From assembly GCA_035258605.1 (NCBI GenBank), contig DATFXD010000160.1, positions 78 through 64,077 on the forward strand: a stretch of 64,000 nucleotides of DNA, read 5' to 3'. Below, in pieces: positions 38,116 through 48,299 of the stretch. This DNA is from Hyphomicrobiaceae bacterium. Its GTDB lineage: Bacteria; Pseudomonadota; Alphaproteobacteria; Rhizobiales; Hyphomicrobiaceae. The translations under genes were made by a program, and so were the position numbers. Within the stretch, counting starts at the first letter, position 1, and the number at the start of each line of letters is the position of its first letter. A model generated the notes under the pieces. That model was not told where the DNA came from. It ran no database searches and worked only from the letters and a program-made list of their open reading frames with translations.

Positions 38116-40212
38116 ATGAGTGGCAAGCCTGCGGCTGCCCGGCTGGCCGTTGATATCGGCGGGACCTTCACGGATATTGTGCTGGTTGCCGACGACAGGC
38201 GCCTGGTCGGCAAACTCATCACCACGCCGCGGGCGCCCGAGGCGGCGGTGATCGAGGGGGTGCGCGACATCCTGGCGCGCGCCGGGCTTGGCTTTGCCGA
38301 TATCGGCGTCTTCGTGCATGGCACGACCCTTGCCACCAATGCCATCATCGAGCGCAAGGGTGCCAAGGCCGCGCTGATCACCACCGAAGGCTTCCGCGAT
38401 GTGATCGAGATCGCCGACGAGGGCCGCTTCGATCAATACGACATCAATATCGTGAAGCCGGTACCGCTGGTACCACGCGAGCTGCGCTTCACGGTGCCTG
38501 AGCGGATCGATGTCAACGGCGGCGTGCGCTTGGCGCTCGACGAAACCGCGGTCCGCGCCGTCGCCAGCCGCCTGCGCGCGTTGGCTGTCGAGGCGGTGGC
38601 GGTGGCATTCATCCATGGCTATGCCAATCCCAGCCACGAACAGCGCGTTGCTGCCATCCTGGCTGAGCTCAATCCGGGTCTCGCCGTCACCCTGGCGTCT
38701 GCGGCCTGTCCGGAAGCGCGCGAATGGGAGCGCACCTCCACTGCCATCGCCAACGCCTACGTGCAGCCGCTGCTGGCGGGCTACCTGCTGCGGCTCAAGG
38801 CCACGATGGCCGAGCTCGGTTATCGGCGTCCGATTCATCTGATGACGTCGGGCGGCAGCCTTGCCAGCCTCGAGACCGCGGCGCGGTTTCCGGTGCGGCT
38901 GGTCGAATCCGGTCCCGCCGGTGGCGCGCTGCTGGCCGGCTACCTGGCGCTGGAGCGCGGCGAGCGTCGCATTCTGTCGTTCGACATGGGCGGCACCACG
39001 GCCAAGATCTGCCTGATCGATGACGGTGAGCCGCTCAAGGCGCGTGCCTTCGAGCTCGATCGCCGCTCGCGCTTCAAAAGGGGCAGCGGCATGCCGGTGC
39101 GTATCCCGGTGATCGAAATGGTGGAGATCGGCGCCGGCGGCGGCTCGATCGCGCGCGTCGACGGCATGCAGCGCATTCTGGTCGGTCCCGACAGCGCCGG
39201 CGCCGAACCGGGACCGGCCTGCTATGGTCGGGGGGGCGAGCAAGCAACGGTGACCGATGCCGATCTGGCGATCGGCAAGATCGATCCCGACTGCTTCGCC
39301 GGCGGTAAGATCGCCGTCGACCCGGCGCGCGCCGCCGCGGCGCTGACGCGCGCAGTGGGCGACAGGCTCGGCGGTAAAACCGCGACACAGGCCGCGATCG
39401 GCATCACCGAAATCGTCGATGAGAATATGGCAAATGCGGCGCGCGTGCATGCCATCGAGCGTGGCGTGGCGGTCGGCGAGCGCACCTTGGTGGCCTTCGG
39501 CGGTGCCGCCCCGCTGCACGCCAGCCGCATCGCCGAGAAGCTTGGCATCGGTCGCATCATCGTGCCGGCGGACGCCGGGGTGGGTTCGGCGGTGGGCTTC
39601 CTGGTGGCGCCTGCCGCCTATGAGCTCGTTCGCTCACGCTACATGCCGCTCGCCGGGTTTGCCGCCGAGGCCGCCAACGCCATCCTTGAGGAGTTGGTCG
39701 CCGAAGCCGTGGCGCATTGCCGGGCGGCGGCGGGCGAGCGGCCGATCCTGGTGCGGCGCGCCGCCTTCATGCGCTATGCCGGACAGGGTCACGAAATCAC
39801 GGTGGCCATGCCCGAGCGGGCGTTGACGCCGGCCGATGCCGCAACCTTGCGGCAGGCCTTCGAGGCGGAATACGGCCGGCTGTTTCAGCGCCACATTCCA
39901 GGCGCCGAGATCGAGATCATGAGCTTTATGGTGCTGGCGACGACGGCAAGCCTGCGGCCGCCGCGTCTGGCGCCGGTCGCAACGAGTTCGCCACCGCCGC
40001 CGGCGGCCAGCCGCTCGGTGATCGATGCGCGCCTGGGCCATGCCCAGGCCGTGGCCGTGTTCGATCGCGGCCTGCTGGCGCCCGGTACGCGGATCGAAGG
40101 GCCGGCGCTGATCGTTGAGGACGGCACCTCGACCTATGTTTCGCCGAGCTTCGATGTCAGCGTCGATGCCGGTGGCGCGCTGGTATTGACGGCGCGGTCG
40201 AAGCTCGACTGA
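38116..40212 (+). CDS. hyuA: Hydantoinase/oxoprolinase family A subunit (HyuA-like, ATP-dependent)
   Basis: N-terminal LAVDIGGTFTDIV and the internal DMGGTTAKI actin-like ATPase motifs. Confidence 0.88.
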   Translation: MSGKPAAARLAVDIGGTFTDIVLVADDRRLVGKLITTPRAPEAAVIEGVRDILARAGLGFADIGVFVHGTTLATNAIIERKGAKAALITTEGFRDVIEIADEGRFDQYDINIVKPVPLVPRELRFTVPERIDVNGGVRLALDETAVRAVASRLRALAVEAVAVAFIHGYANPSHEQRVAAILAELNPGLAVTLASAACPEAREWERTSTAIANAYVQPLLAGYLLRLKATMAELGYRRPIHLMTSGGSLASLETAARFPVRLVESGPAGGALLAGYLALERGERRILSFDMGGTTAKICLIDDGEPLKARAFELDRRSRFKRGSGMPVRIPVIEMVEIGAGGGSIARVDGMQRILVGPDSAGAEPGPACYGRGGEQATVTDADLAIGKIDPDCFAGGKIAVDPARAAAALTRAVGDRLGGKTATQAAIGITEIVDENMANAARVHAIERGVAVGERTLVAFGGAAPLHASRIAEKLGIGRIIVPADAGVGSAVGFLVAPAAYELVRSRYMPLAGFAAEAANAILEELVAEAVAHCRAAAGERPILVRRAAFMRYAGQGHEITVAMPERALTPADAATLRQAFEAEYGRLFQRHIPGAEIEIMSFMVLATTASLRPPRLAPVATSSPPPPAASRSVIDARLGHAQAVAVFDRGLLAPGTRIEGPALIVEDGTSTYVSPSFDVSVDAGGALVLTARSKLD

Positions 40213-40222
40213 GGACCAAGCG

Positions 40223-41848
40223 ATGCGCAAGCTACCCAACGACATCGAGCTGCAGATCATGTGGAACCGCCTGATCGCGGTGGTCGAGGAGCAGGCGCAA
40301 ACCTTGCTGCGCACCGCCTTTTCGGCGATCGTGCGCGAGGCCGGAGACCTCTCGGCCGGCATTTTCGACAGCCAGGGGCGGATGCTGGCGCAGGCGGTCA
40401 CCGGCACGCCGGGCCACGTCAATTCGATGGCCGAATCGGTCAAGCATTTCATTGGCCACTTCGGCTTGGAAAACATGGCCCCGGGTGATGCCTACATCAC
40501 CAACGACCCCTGGATGGGCACCGGCCACCTCAACGATTTTGTCGTCACCACGCCCTGCTTTTACCAGGACCGACTGATCGGCCTGTTCTCCTGCACCTCG
40601 CATCTGATGGACATCGGCGGCATCGGTTTTGGTCCGGATGGCACCGATGTGTTCATGGAGGGGCTCTATATTCCCTTTCTCAAGCTGTTCGCCGAAGGCA
40701 AGGTCAATGACACCTTGTTGGCGATGATCCGCGCCAACACGCGCCAGCCGATCGATACCGTTGGCGATGTCTACTCGCTCGCCGCGTGCAACGACGTCGG
40801 CTGCCAGCGGCTGATCGAGATGATGCGCGAGTTCGAGCAGGACGACTTGGACCTGCTGGCCGAGCACATATGTACCAAGAGCCGGCAGGCGGTGCTGGCC
40901 GAAATCGCCACGCTGCCCAAGGGCTCGTGGTCAAACAGCATGACCACCGACGGCTTCGATGGGCCGATCACCTTGCGCGCCACGACCACGATCACGCCCG
41001 AGGGCATCCACGTCGATTATAGCGGCACCGATCGGCAGGCGCGGCGTGGCATCAACGTGCCGCTCGCCTATACCACGGCCTACACCGTGTTCGGGCTCGG
41101 CTGCATCGTCGCCAGCAAGATCCCGAACAATGCCGGGTCGCTGTCGCCGCTGACCGTGTCGGCGCCGCCGGGCAGCATTCTCAATGCCGCCAAGCCCGCC
41201 GCCGTCTGCATCCGGCACGTGATCGGCCAGATGCTGCCCGATGTCGTGTTCGGCTGCTTGGCGCAGGCGATTCCGGAGCGAATTCCGGCCGAGGGCACGT
41301 CCTGCCTCTGGAACTTGATTGTGCGCGGGTCGCTGCCTGCCGGGCGCGGCGGCAACTATGCCTTCAGCCTGGCGATCACCTCCAATGGCGGTACCGGCGC
41401 GCGGCCCGAGGCGGACGGGCTATCGGCAACCGCCTATCCGTCCGGGGTCAAGGGCACGCCGGTCGAGATCGCGGAAGCCATCACCCCGCTGATCTTTTGG
41501 AAGAAGGAGCTGCGGCCGGGCTCCGGTGGCCGCGGCCGCACCCGCGGCGGCCTCGGCCAGATCATCGAGATCGAAAGCGCCATCGGCGAGCCGTTCGAGC
41601 TGTTGGCCGCCTTCGACCGTATCGACTTTCCTCCGCGCGGCCGCGCCGGCGGCATGCCCGGTGCGCCAGGGGCGGTTGCCATCAAGGGCGGACGCAAGCT
41701 CAAGGGCAAGGGCACGCAGACGGTGGAGCCGGGCGAGCGCCTGCTGGTGATGACGCCGGGCGGCGGCGGCCTCGGTGCGGAGGCAGCGCGCGATCCCCTG
41801 CTGGTGGCGGCGGATCGGCGCGAACAGCGGCTAACGGAGCCCAGCTGA
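40223..41848 (+). CDS. hyuB: Hydantoinase B/oxoprolinase family subunit (HyuB-like)
   Basis: LQIMWNRLIAVVEEQAQTLLRTAFS, NDPW.GTGHLND and ..GGGGLG near the C-terminus. GAGGA RBS upstream. Confidence 0.88.
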   Translation: MRKLPNDIELQIMWNRLIAVVEEQAQTLLRTAFSAIVREAGDLSAGIFDSQGRMLAQAVTGTPGHVNSMAESVKHFIGHFGLENMAPGDAYITNDPWMGTGHLNDFVVTTPCFYQDRLIGLFSCTSHLMDIGGIGFGPDGTDVFMEGLYIPFLKLFAEGKVNDTLLAMIRANTRQPIDTVGDVYSLAACNDVGCQRLIEMMREFEQDDLDLLAEHICTKSRQAVLAEIATLPKGSWSNSMTTDGFDGPITLRATTTITPEGIHVDYSGTDRQARRGINVPLAYTTAYTVFGLGCIVASKIPNNAGSLSPLTVSAPPGSILNAAKPAAVCIRHVIGQMLPDVVFGCLAQAIPERIPAEGTSCLWNLIVRGSLPAGRGGNYAFSLAITSNGGTGARPEADGLSATAYPSGVKGTPVEIAEAITPLIFWKKELRPGSGGRGRTRGGLGQIIEIESAIGEPFELLAAFDRIDFPPRGRAGGMPGAPGAVAIKGGRKLKGKGTQTVEPGERLLVMTPGGGGLGAEAARDPLLVAADRREQRLTEPS

Positions 41849-41907
41849 CGGCTGGCGCGGTTGCGGGCGCCGGCACGGCAGCACCTGAGGCGCAAGGAGG
41901 CGAGGCC

Positions 41908-43326
41908 ATGCGATTTGACGAATACCGCAAGTTCGATGCCACTCAGCTGGCGGCGCTGATCGCCAAGCGCGAAGTCAGTGCCAAGACCGTGCTCGAGGTT
42001 GCCATTGCGCGAGCCGAGGCGATCAATCCGCTGATCAATGCCATTGTCCACCAGGCCTACGCGCAAGCGCATCAGGCGATCGCCGCCGGGCTGCCGAGCG
42101 GACCGCTGACCGGGGTGCCCTACCTGATCAAGGATCTCGGTTGCTTCCAACAAGGTCAGCCCGTCAGCTTCGGCAGCAAGCTCTATGCCGACTTCGTCGC
42201 CGACCACGACAGCGCCTATATCAGCCGCTGCAAGCGCGCCGGCCTGGTGCTGATGGGACGCAGCGCCAGTCCCGAATTCGGCTTGAGCCCGAATACCGAG
42301 CCGCGGCTTTACGGAGCCTGCAAAAATCCGTGGAACCTCGCCTACTCGGCGGGCGGCTCCTCCGGCGGCGCCGCCGCTGCCGTCAGCGCCGGCATCCTGC
42401 CCATGGCGCACGCCACCGACGGCGGTGGATCGATCCGCATCCCGGCCGCGCACTGCGGCCTGGTTGGCCTCAAGCCTTCGCGCGCTCGGATTTCGCTGGC
42501 GCCGGATGCCGGCGAGGGTTGGGGCGGCATGTCGGTCATGCACGCGGTGACCCGCAGCGTTCGCGATTGTGCCTTGCTGCTCGATGCCACCGCCGGCTAC
42601 GAGCCCGGTGATCCCTATACCGCGCCGGCGGCCGCCAGCTTCGTCGCGGCGCTGGCGCGCCCGCCGCGCCGGCTCAGAATCGCAATGATGCTCAAGGATC
42701 ATCGCGGCGCCAACCTCGCCCCCGACTGTTTGGCCGCCGTCGAGGGTGCGGCCAAGCTATGCCAGGATCTTGGTCATATCGTCGAGGAGGCCGATCCCGG
42801 CATCGACCTGGTGGCGTTGCGCAAGCAGAACTCGAGCATCGCCGCGGCCAACGTCGCCCGAGCCCTGGGGCTGCGCTGGGCGGCGCTGGGCCGGCAACCC
42901 GACGCCGGCGACGTCGAGGCGGCGACCTGGGCAGCCTTCAATACCGGGCGCAAGCTTACCGCCGTCGAGTACGTGGCCGCCATCGCCGCCACGCATGCGG
43001 CCGGTCGCAAGCTGGCGTCGTTCCTCAGCGGCTATGATGTTATTCTGTCCACGGTGGTGGCCGGACCACCGCCGCGGCTTGGCTATTTCGATATGGATGG
43101 CGACGTGCCCACCTTTGCCGAGCGGGTCAGCCAATATTTGAGCGTGACGCCGGTGCATAACGCCACCGGCACCCCGGCCATCAGCCTGCCGCTCTACTGG
43201 ACCCAAGACGGCTTGCCGGTCGGGGTGCACTTCGCCGGACGCTACGGCGAGGACGGCACGCTGTTGCAGCTTGCCGCCCAACTGGAGGCGGCGCAACCGT
43301 GGTTCGACCGCGTGCCGGCGATTTGA
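41908..43326 (+). CDS. Amidase (amidase-signature family)
   Basis: GVPYLIKDL, the AS motif GGSSGGAAAAVSAG, and TDGGGSIRIPAA. AGGAGG lies upstream of ATG 41908. Confidence 0.88.
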   Translation: MRFDEYRKFDATQLAALIAKREVSAKTVLEVAIARAEAINPLINAIVHQAYAQAHQAIAAGLPSGPLTGVPYLIKDLGCFQQGQPVSFGSKLYADFVADHDSAYISRCKRAGLVLMGRSASPEFGLSPNTEPRLYGACKNPWNLAYSAGGSSGGAAAAVSAGILPMAHATDGGGSIRIPAAHCGLVGLKPSRARISLAPDAGEGWGGMSVMHAVTRSVRDCALLLDATAGYEPGDPYTAPAAASFVAALARPPRRLRIAMMLKDHRGANLAPDCLAAVEGAAKLCQDLGHIVEEADPGIDLVALRKQNSSIAAANVARALGLRWAALGRQPDAGDVEAATWAAFNTGRKLTAVEYVAAIAATHAAGRKLASFLSGYDVILSTVVAGPPPRLGYFDMDGDVPTFAERVSQYLSVTPVHNATGTPAISLPLYWTQDGLPVGVHFAGRYGEDGTLLQLAAQLEAAQPWFDRVPAI

Positions 43327-43368
43327 GGCAGGTGCCGCGAGGAAAGCCGCCAAGCGCAAAGGAGCGCC

Positions 43369-45651
43369 ATGCACAGCATCAATCAGCGGATCGCGTCCGA
43401 GCTCGGCGTCGGCGCAGGCCAGGTCGCAGCCGCGATCGGGTTGTTGGACGAGGGAGCCACCGTTCCCTTCATCGCCCGCTATCGCAAGGAGAAGACCGGC
43501 AGCCTCGACGATACCAAGCTCAGGACCATCGAGGCGCGGCTCGCCTATCTACGCGAGCTCGAGGACCGGCGCGCGGCGGTGCTCAAGAGCATCGGCCAGC
43601 AGGGCAAACTGACGCCGGAGTTGGCGGCCCTGATCAACGCCGCCGCCGCCAAGGTCGAGCTCGAAGATCTCTATGCCCCCTATCGGCCGAAGCGGCGCAG
43701 CAAGGCCCAGACGGCGCGCGAGGCTGGGCTCGAGCCGCTGCTCGATGCCCTGCTGCGCGATCCGAGCCTCGATCCGGAAACCGCGGCCAACCCGTTCGTC
43801 GCCCCGGCCAAGGCCGTGGCCGATGCCGGCGCCGCCCTCGACGGCGCCCGCCACATCCTGATCGAGCGCATCGGCGAGACCGCGAAACTCGTTGGCCAAC
43901 TGCGCGAATGGATGTGGACGGAGGGCGTCTTGGCCTCCAGGCTGGTGAAGGGCAAGGCTGGCGAAGGCAGCAAGTTCGCCGACTATTTCGACTTCCGGCA
44001 AAGCATCAAGGACATTCCTTCGCACCGGGCGCTGGCGCTGTTGCGTGGCCACAACGAAGGCACCCTGGCGCTGCAGCTCGACGTGCCCGATGCCGATGCC
44101 GCCCCGCACCCGGCCGAGGCTAAGATCAAGTTGGCGTTTGGCCTCGCCGAGCGCGGGCGGCCGGCCGACGCCTGGCTGGCCGAAGGCGTGCGGCTCGCCT
44201 GGCGATCGAAGCTTGCCGCCGCGCTCAAGAACGACCTGCTGGCGCGGCTGAAAGAGCGGGCAGATGTGGACGCGATCGGCGTCTTCTCAAAGAATATGCG
44301 CGATCTGCTGCTTGCCGCACCTGCCGGAGCGCGCGTGACGATGGGGCTCGATCCCGGCTTCCGCACCGGTGTCAAGGTGGCAGTGGTGGACCGCACCGGC
44401 AAGCTCGTTGCCACCGACACCATCTACCCGCATGAGCCGAACAACGATTGGCGGGGCGCACTTGCCACCTTGGCGGCTCACTGCCTCAAGCACAAAGTCG
44501 AGCTCCTCAGCATTGGCAACGGCACGGCCGGCCGCGAGACCGACAAGCTCGCCGCCGAGCTGATGGCGAAGTTGGTGGATTTGAAGCTGAGCAAGGTGAT
44601 GGTGTCAGAAGCCGGCGCCTCGGTCTACTCGGCGTCCGAGCTCGCCGCCAAGGAGTTTGCGTCGCTGGACGTCAGCTTGCGTGGCGCCGTGTCGATTGCG
44701 CGCCGGCTGCAGGACCCGCTGGCGGAACTGGTCAAGATCGAGCCCAAGGCGATCGGCGTCGGCCAATATCAGCACGACGTCGATCAGAGCGGGCTGGCCC
44801 GCTCGCTTGACGCCGTCGTCGAGGACTGCGTCAACGCGGTCGGCGTCGATGTCAACATGGCCTCGGCGCCGCTGTTGGCGCGCGTGGCCGGTCTCAATCA
44901 GACCTTGGCCGGCAACATCGTTGCCTTCCGCGACCAACACGGCGCCTTCAAAACCCGGACCGCTCTCAAGCGGGTGCCGCGACTCGGGGTCAAGGCCTTC
45001 GAGCAGGCAGCGGGGTTCTTGCGGATCCCGAACGGCAGCAACGCGCTCGATGCTTCGGCCGTGCATCCGGAGGCCTATCCCCTGGTTGAGCGGATTGCCG
45101 AGGCCAGCAAACGACCGCTTAATTCGCTGATCGGCGATGCGAACTTCCTGCGATCACTGAAACCGGCCCTGTTCGCCGACGCCGTGTTCGGCATCCCGAC
45201 GGTGAGCGACGTCTTGCGCGAACTCGAGAAGCCCGGCCGCGACCCCCGTCCCCAGTTCAAGACGGCGACCTTTGCCGAGGGGGTGGAGAAGCTATCGGAT
45301 CTGCGACCCGGCATGGCGCTTGAGGGCGTGGTGACCAATGTCACCGCCTTCGGTGCCTTTGTCGACGTCGGCGTACACCAGGACGGCCTGGTGCACATCT
45401 CGGAGCTGTCGGATCGGTTCGTCAAGGATCCGCGCGAGGTGGTGAAGGCGGGTGACGTCGTCAAGGTGCGGGTGTTGAGCGTCGACGTCGAGCGCAAGCG
45501 CGTGGCATTGACAATGAAGGCCGGCGCGCGTCCGCCGGCGGTCGCGGGTGGGGCTGGGCCGGGACCGCGCACCGCCTCGCTACCGGGCGGCCAGGCGGGC
45601 GGGGAGAATGCCATCGCGGCCGCGCTCAAGCGCGCCCAGCAGCGTAAATAG
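43369..45651 (+). CDS. tex: Tex-like transcription accessory protein with C-terminal S1 domain
   Basis: [10 protein letters not shown], YqgF/RuvC-like and HhH regions, and a C-terminal S1 domain ([28 protein letters not shown]). Confidence 0.92.
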   Translation: MHSINQRIASELGVGAGQVAAAIGLLDEGATVPFIARYRKEKTGSLDDTKLRTIEARLAYLRELEDRRAAVLKSIGQQGKLTPELAALINAAAAKVELEDLYAPYRPKRRSKAQTAREAGLEPLLDALLRDPSLDPETAANPFVAPAKAVADAGAALDGARHILIERIGETAKLVGQLREWMWTEGVLASRLVKGKAGEGSKFADYFDFRQSIKDIPSHRALALLRGHNEGTLALQLDVPDADAAPHPAEAKIKLAFGLAERGRPADAWLAEGVRLAWRSKLAAALKNDLLARLKERADVDAIGVFSKNMRDLLLAAPAGARVTMGLDPGFRTGVKVAVVDRTGKLVATDTIYPHEPNNDWRGALATLAAHCLKHKVELLSIGNGTAGRETDKLAAELMAKLVDLKLSKVMVSEAGASVYSASELAAKEFASLDVSLRGAVSIARRLQDPLAELVKIEPKAIGVGQYQHDVDQSGLARSLDAVVEDCVNAVGVDVNMASAPLLARVAGLNQTLAGNIVAFRDQHGAFKTRTALKRVPRLGVKAFEQAAGFLRIPNGSNALDASAVHPEAYPLVERIAEASKRPLNSLIGDANFLRSLKPALFADAVFGIPTVSDVLRELEKPGRDPRPQFKTATFAEGVEKLSDLRPGMALEGVVTNVTAFGAFVDVGVHQDGLVHISELSDRFVKDPREVVKAGDVVKVRVLSVDVERKRVALTMKAGARPPAVAGGAGPGPRTASLPGGQAGGENAIAAALKRAQQRK

Positions 45652-45685
45652 CGCCGCGCGCTTGGCGCGGGCTGAAGGAGGAGGC

Positions 45686-46720
45686 ATGAAGCTCGGAATT
45701 CTGCTGCGCTATGCCGGCGAGGCCGGCGGGCCGCGCATGGACTACGTGCTGGAGGCGGAGCGTCTCGGTTACGATTCGGTGTGGAGCGGTGAATCTTACG
45801 GCACCGATGCGGTGACGCCGATCGCCTGGGTGCTGGCGCAAACCACGAAGATTAAGGCTGGCACCGGCATCATGCAGATGTCGGCGCGGACGCCGACCTG
45901 CGCCGCCATGACGGCTGCCACCCTGCAGGCCATGTCCAACAACCGTTTCCTGTTGGGTATCGGTCCATCCGGACCGCAGGTGATCGAGGGCTGGCATGGC
46001 ATGCCGTACGGCAAGCCGCTGACGCGCACGCGCGAATATGTCGAGGTGGTGCGCAAAGTGTTCGCCCGTGCGGCGCCGCTCGAGCATCGCGGCGAGCACT
46101 ACCAGATCCCCTACACCGGCGTCGGCGCCTCTGGTCTCGGCAAACCGTTGAAAAGCATCCTGCATGCAACGGCAGGCCTCAAGATTTACACTGCCGCCAT
46201 CTCTCCGGCCGGGCTGACGACCGCGGGCGAGGTTGCCGACGGCGTGCAGCCGATCTTTATGAGCCCCGAACGCACCGATCTCGTCACCGAGCCGGTGCTC
46301 GCCGGGCTGACGCGCGCCGGCAAGTCGCTCGCCGATTTCGACATTGCACCGTTTGTCCGGGTGGCGATGGGCAGCGATCTCGCCGCCTGCCGCGACCAGC
46401 TGCGGCCGGAACTGGCGCTTTATATTGGCGGCATGGGAGCGCGCAGTAAGAATTTCTACAACGATTTCGTCAAGCGCATGGGCTATGCCGAGGCCGCCGG
46501 CAAGATCCAGGATGCCTTCCTCGCCGGCCGCCGCCAGGACGCTGCCGCCGCGGTGCCCGATGCCCTGATCGATGAGACGGCGTTGGTGGGCTCACCGGCG
46601 CGCATCAAGGACCGGCTCCAAGCCTGGAAACGCGGCGCCGAGGATCACAAGATCGGCACCTTGTTGCTGGGCGGTGCGAGCGTCGAGGCGCTGCGGCTGA
46701 TTGCCGAAACGGTGCTCTAA
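45686..46720 (+). CDS. LLM-class (luciferase-like) flavin/F420-dependent oxidoreductase
   Basis: MKLGILLRYAG...AERLGYDSVWSGESYGTDAVTP...LLGIGPSGPQVIEGWHG. GGAGGAGG RBS upstream. Confidence 0.85.
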   Translation: MKLGILLRYAGEAGGPRMDYVLEAERLGYDSVWSGESYGTDAVTPIAWVLAQTTKIKAGTGIMQMSARTPTCAAMTAATLQAMSNNRFLLGIGPSGPQVIEGWHGMPYGKPLTRTREYVEVVRKVFARAAPLEHRGEHYQIPYTGVGASGLGKPLKSILHATAGLKIYTAAISPAGLTTAGEVADGVQPIFMSPERTDLVTEPVLAGLTRAGKSLADFDIAPFVRVAMGSDLAACRDQLRPELALYIGGMGARSKNFYNDFVKRMGYAEAAGKIQDAFLAGRRQDAAAAVPDALIDETALVGSPARIKDRLQAWKRGAEDHKIGTLLLGGASVEALRLIAETVL

Positions 46721-46841
46721 CGAACTAAGCCACCGACGGCCAACCGGTTTTCGCCGCCGCCACGCGCATGACGTTTCGCGCCGGCAGCGGCCTGCGACCC
46801 GGCCGGCGCGAGGATTGGGCGCGCCGCGGGTCCGCGGGGTC

Positions 46842-47144
46842 TCAGTCTTTGCCGCCACCGCCCGGATTACCGGCACGGTTTTCGCGCAGCATCTCATCCC
46901 ACCACCGCGTCGTACCAATCGGCAATTTGTTGGCGTCGCGTTCGTAATAGCCGCTGTCGGCCGCGGCGCGGGCTCGGCTGCGGCAGCGCTGCGAGGTACA
47001 CCGCCGCGCCACCGGCTTGGTGCCGGCGTGCCGGCTAGTGGCGCCCTCTTCGGCGCGTGCGGTGTTCGGCAAAGCGACCACCAGCCAGCCCGCGGTGATG
47101 GTCCCGACGGCGGCGGCGGCAATGAACCAGGGCTTGTTAGACAC
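46842..47144 (-). CDS. Small secreted hypothetical protein
   Basis: GTG start with GGGAGA upstream and a signal peptide ending ARA-EE. The C-terminal block YYERDANKLPIGTTRWWDEMLRENRAG resembles a small conserved rhizobial family. GC3 is high throughout. Confidence 0.5.
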   Translation of the reverse strand: MSNKPWFIAAAAVGTITAGWLVVALPNTARAEEGATSRHAGTKPVARRCTSQRCRSRARAAADSGYYERDANKLPIGTTRWWDEMLRENRAGNPGGGGKD

Positions 47145-47431
47145 GGGTCGATATCTCCCGAGTTTTGTTGATCAAGCACAAAATGAAGGTGGACGGATGT
47201 TAGCACCTTTTGCTGGCGCCAAGACCTCACATGGCCGTGACGCAGGCCCGCGCCGGCAAGGGCGATCGGCATGCTCCGGCGAAGGGTGGCGCGGGTCAGC
47301 TGCGCGGCGGGCGGCCGGCGACGGTTTCGTCCTGATCTGTGGCCTTGCCTCAGCCTAAGATTTTGTGCAGCGTTTTGCCCGAGCCCCAGAAACCCTTGGG
47401 CGCTTGTCCACTGCCGTGACCGGTCCGAGCC

Positions 47432-48256
47432 ATGCGAGAGATCCTGTTCTTCGTCTTGTCAAGCTTTTGGGCCGGTGCCGCACACGCCGCGACACCCGGT
47501 CACGGCAAGACCATCGCTGCGGCCTACATCGTCGGTGCTCGCGGCAAGCCGATCGATGCCGTCATTCTCGGCGTGTTCGTGACGCTTTCCCACACCAGCG
47601 GCATCCTGCTGGTGGGCGTGCTGGCCTCGCTTGGCTTCGGTTGGCTGCGCCCGCAACGGATCGAGGCTTATCTGGCGCTCAGTGTGGGTCTGTTGGTGAT
47701 CGGGCTCGGACTGTGGATGCTGTGGACCCAGCGCGACCTCTTGGCGCTGGCGATGGGCGAGCCCGGCCGGCAGCCAGGCAACCAAGGCGACCATGCGCAC
47801 GGCGATGGTGCCCACACCCATCCTGCCCAAGAGCACGGGCACCATGCGCACGAGCCTGGCGAGGCGGCGATGTGGCACAGCCATGGCTGGGGCACCGTGC
47901 ATGCACATCGGCTCGACGTCGTGACCCAAGATCGGCCGAAGCTGCCGCTGCTGCTGGGGCTCGGCATCGCCGGCGGCCTGCTGCCGGATCCGGCGGCGCT
48001 GGCCTTGCTGCTGGCCGCACTCGCGAGCGGCAAGGTGTTGCTCGGGCTTACGACCGTTGTGGTCTTTAGCCTTGGCTTCGCGGCGACGCTGGTCGTGGTC
48101 GGCATAGTTGCCGCAAAGGTCGGTCAACGGATCCTGGAGTGGCTCGACAGCATCTGGGTGGTGCGCGTGCAGATCCTCACCACGCTGTTGATCATCGGCA
48201 TGGGCGTCGTATTAAGCATCAAGGCGGCCTACGAAATTGCGGCGCTGCCGGCTTGA
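47432..48256 (+). CDS. NicO-family nickel/cobalt transporter, RcnA-type
   Basis: AHAATPGHGKT (compare RcnA HGLEPGHSKT), the His-rich loop GDHAHGDGAHTHPAQEHGHHAHEPGEAAMWHSHGWGTVHAH, and 6 TM helices. An in-frame TGA lies 5 codons upstream of the ATG. Confidence 0.8.
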   Translation: MREILFFVLSSFWAGAAHAATPGHGKTIAAAYIVGARGKPIDAVILGVFVTLSHTSGILLVGVLASLGFGWLRPQRIEAYLALSVGLLVIGLGLWMLWTQRDLLALAMGEPGRQPGNQGDHAHGDGAHTHPAQEHGHHAHEPGEAAMWHSHGWGTVHAHRLDVVTQDRPKLPLLLGLGIAGGLLPDPAALALLLAALASGKVLLGLTTVVVFSLGFAATLVVVGIVAAKVGQRILEWLDSIWVVRVQILTTLLIIGMGVVLSIKAAYEIAALPA

Positions 48257-48299
48257 ACGGCAAAGCTCACAGCCATCGAGCGCGCTCAGCCGGCGCGGG

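Noticed and set aside
47145-47431. Possible metal or B12 riboswitch upstream of the RcnA-type NicO gene (contains GUCCACUGCC).
   Set aside because: Only a 7-nt resemblance to a B12 riboswitch element, with no other conserved blocks seen by eye.
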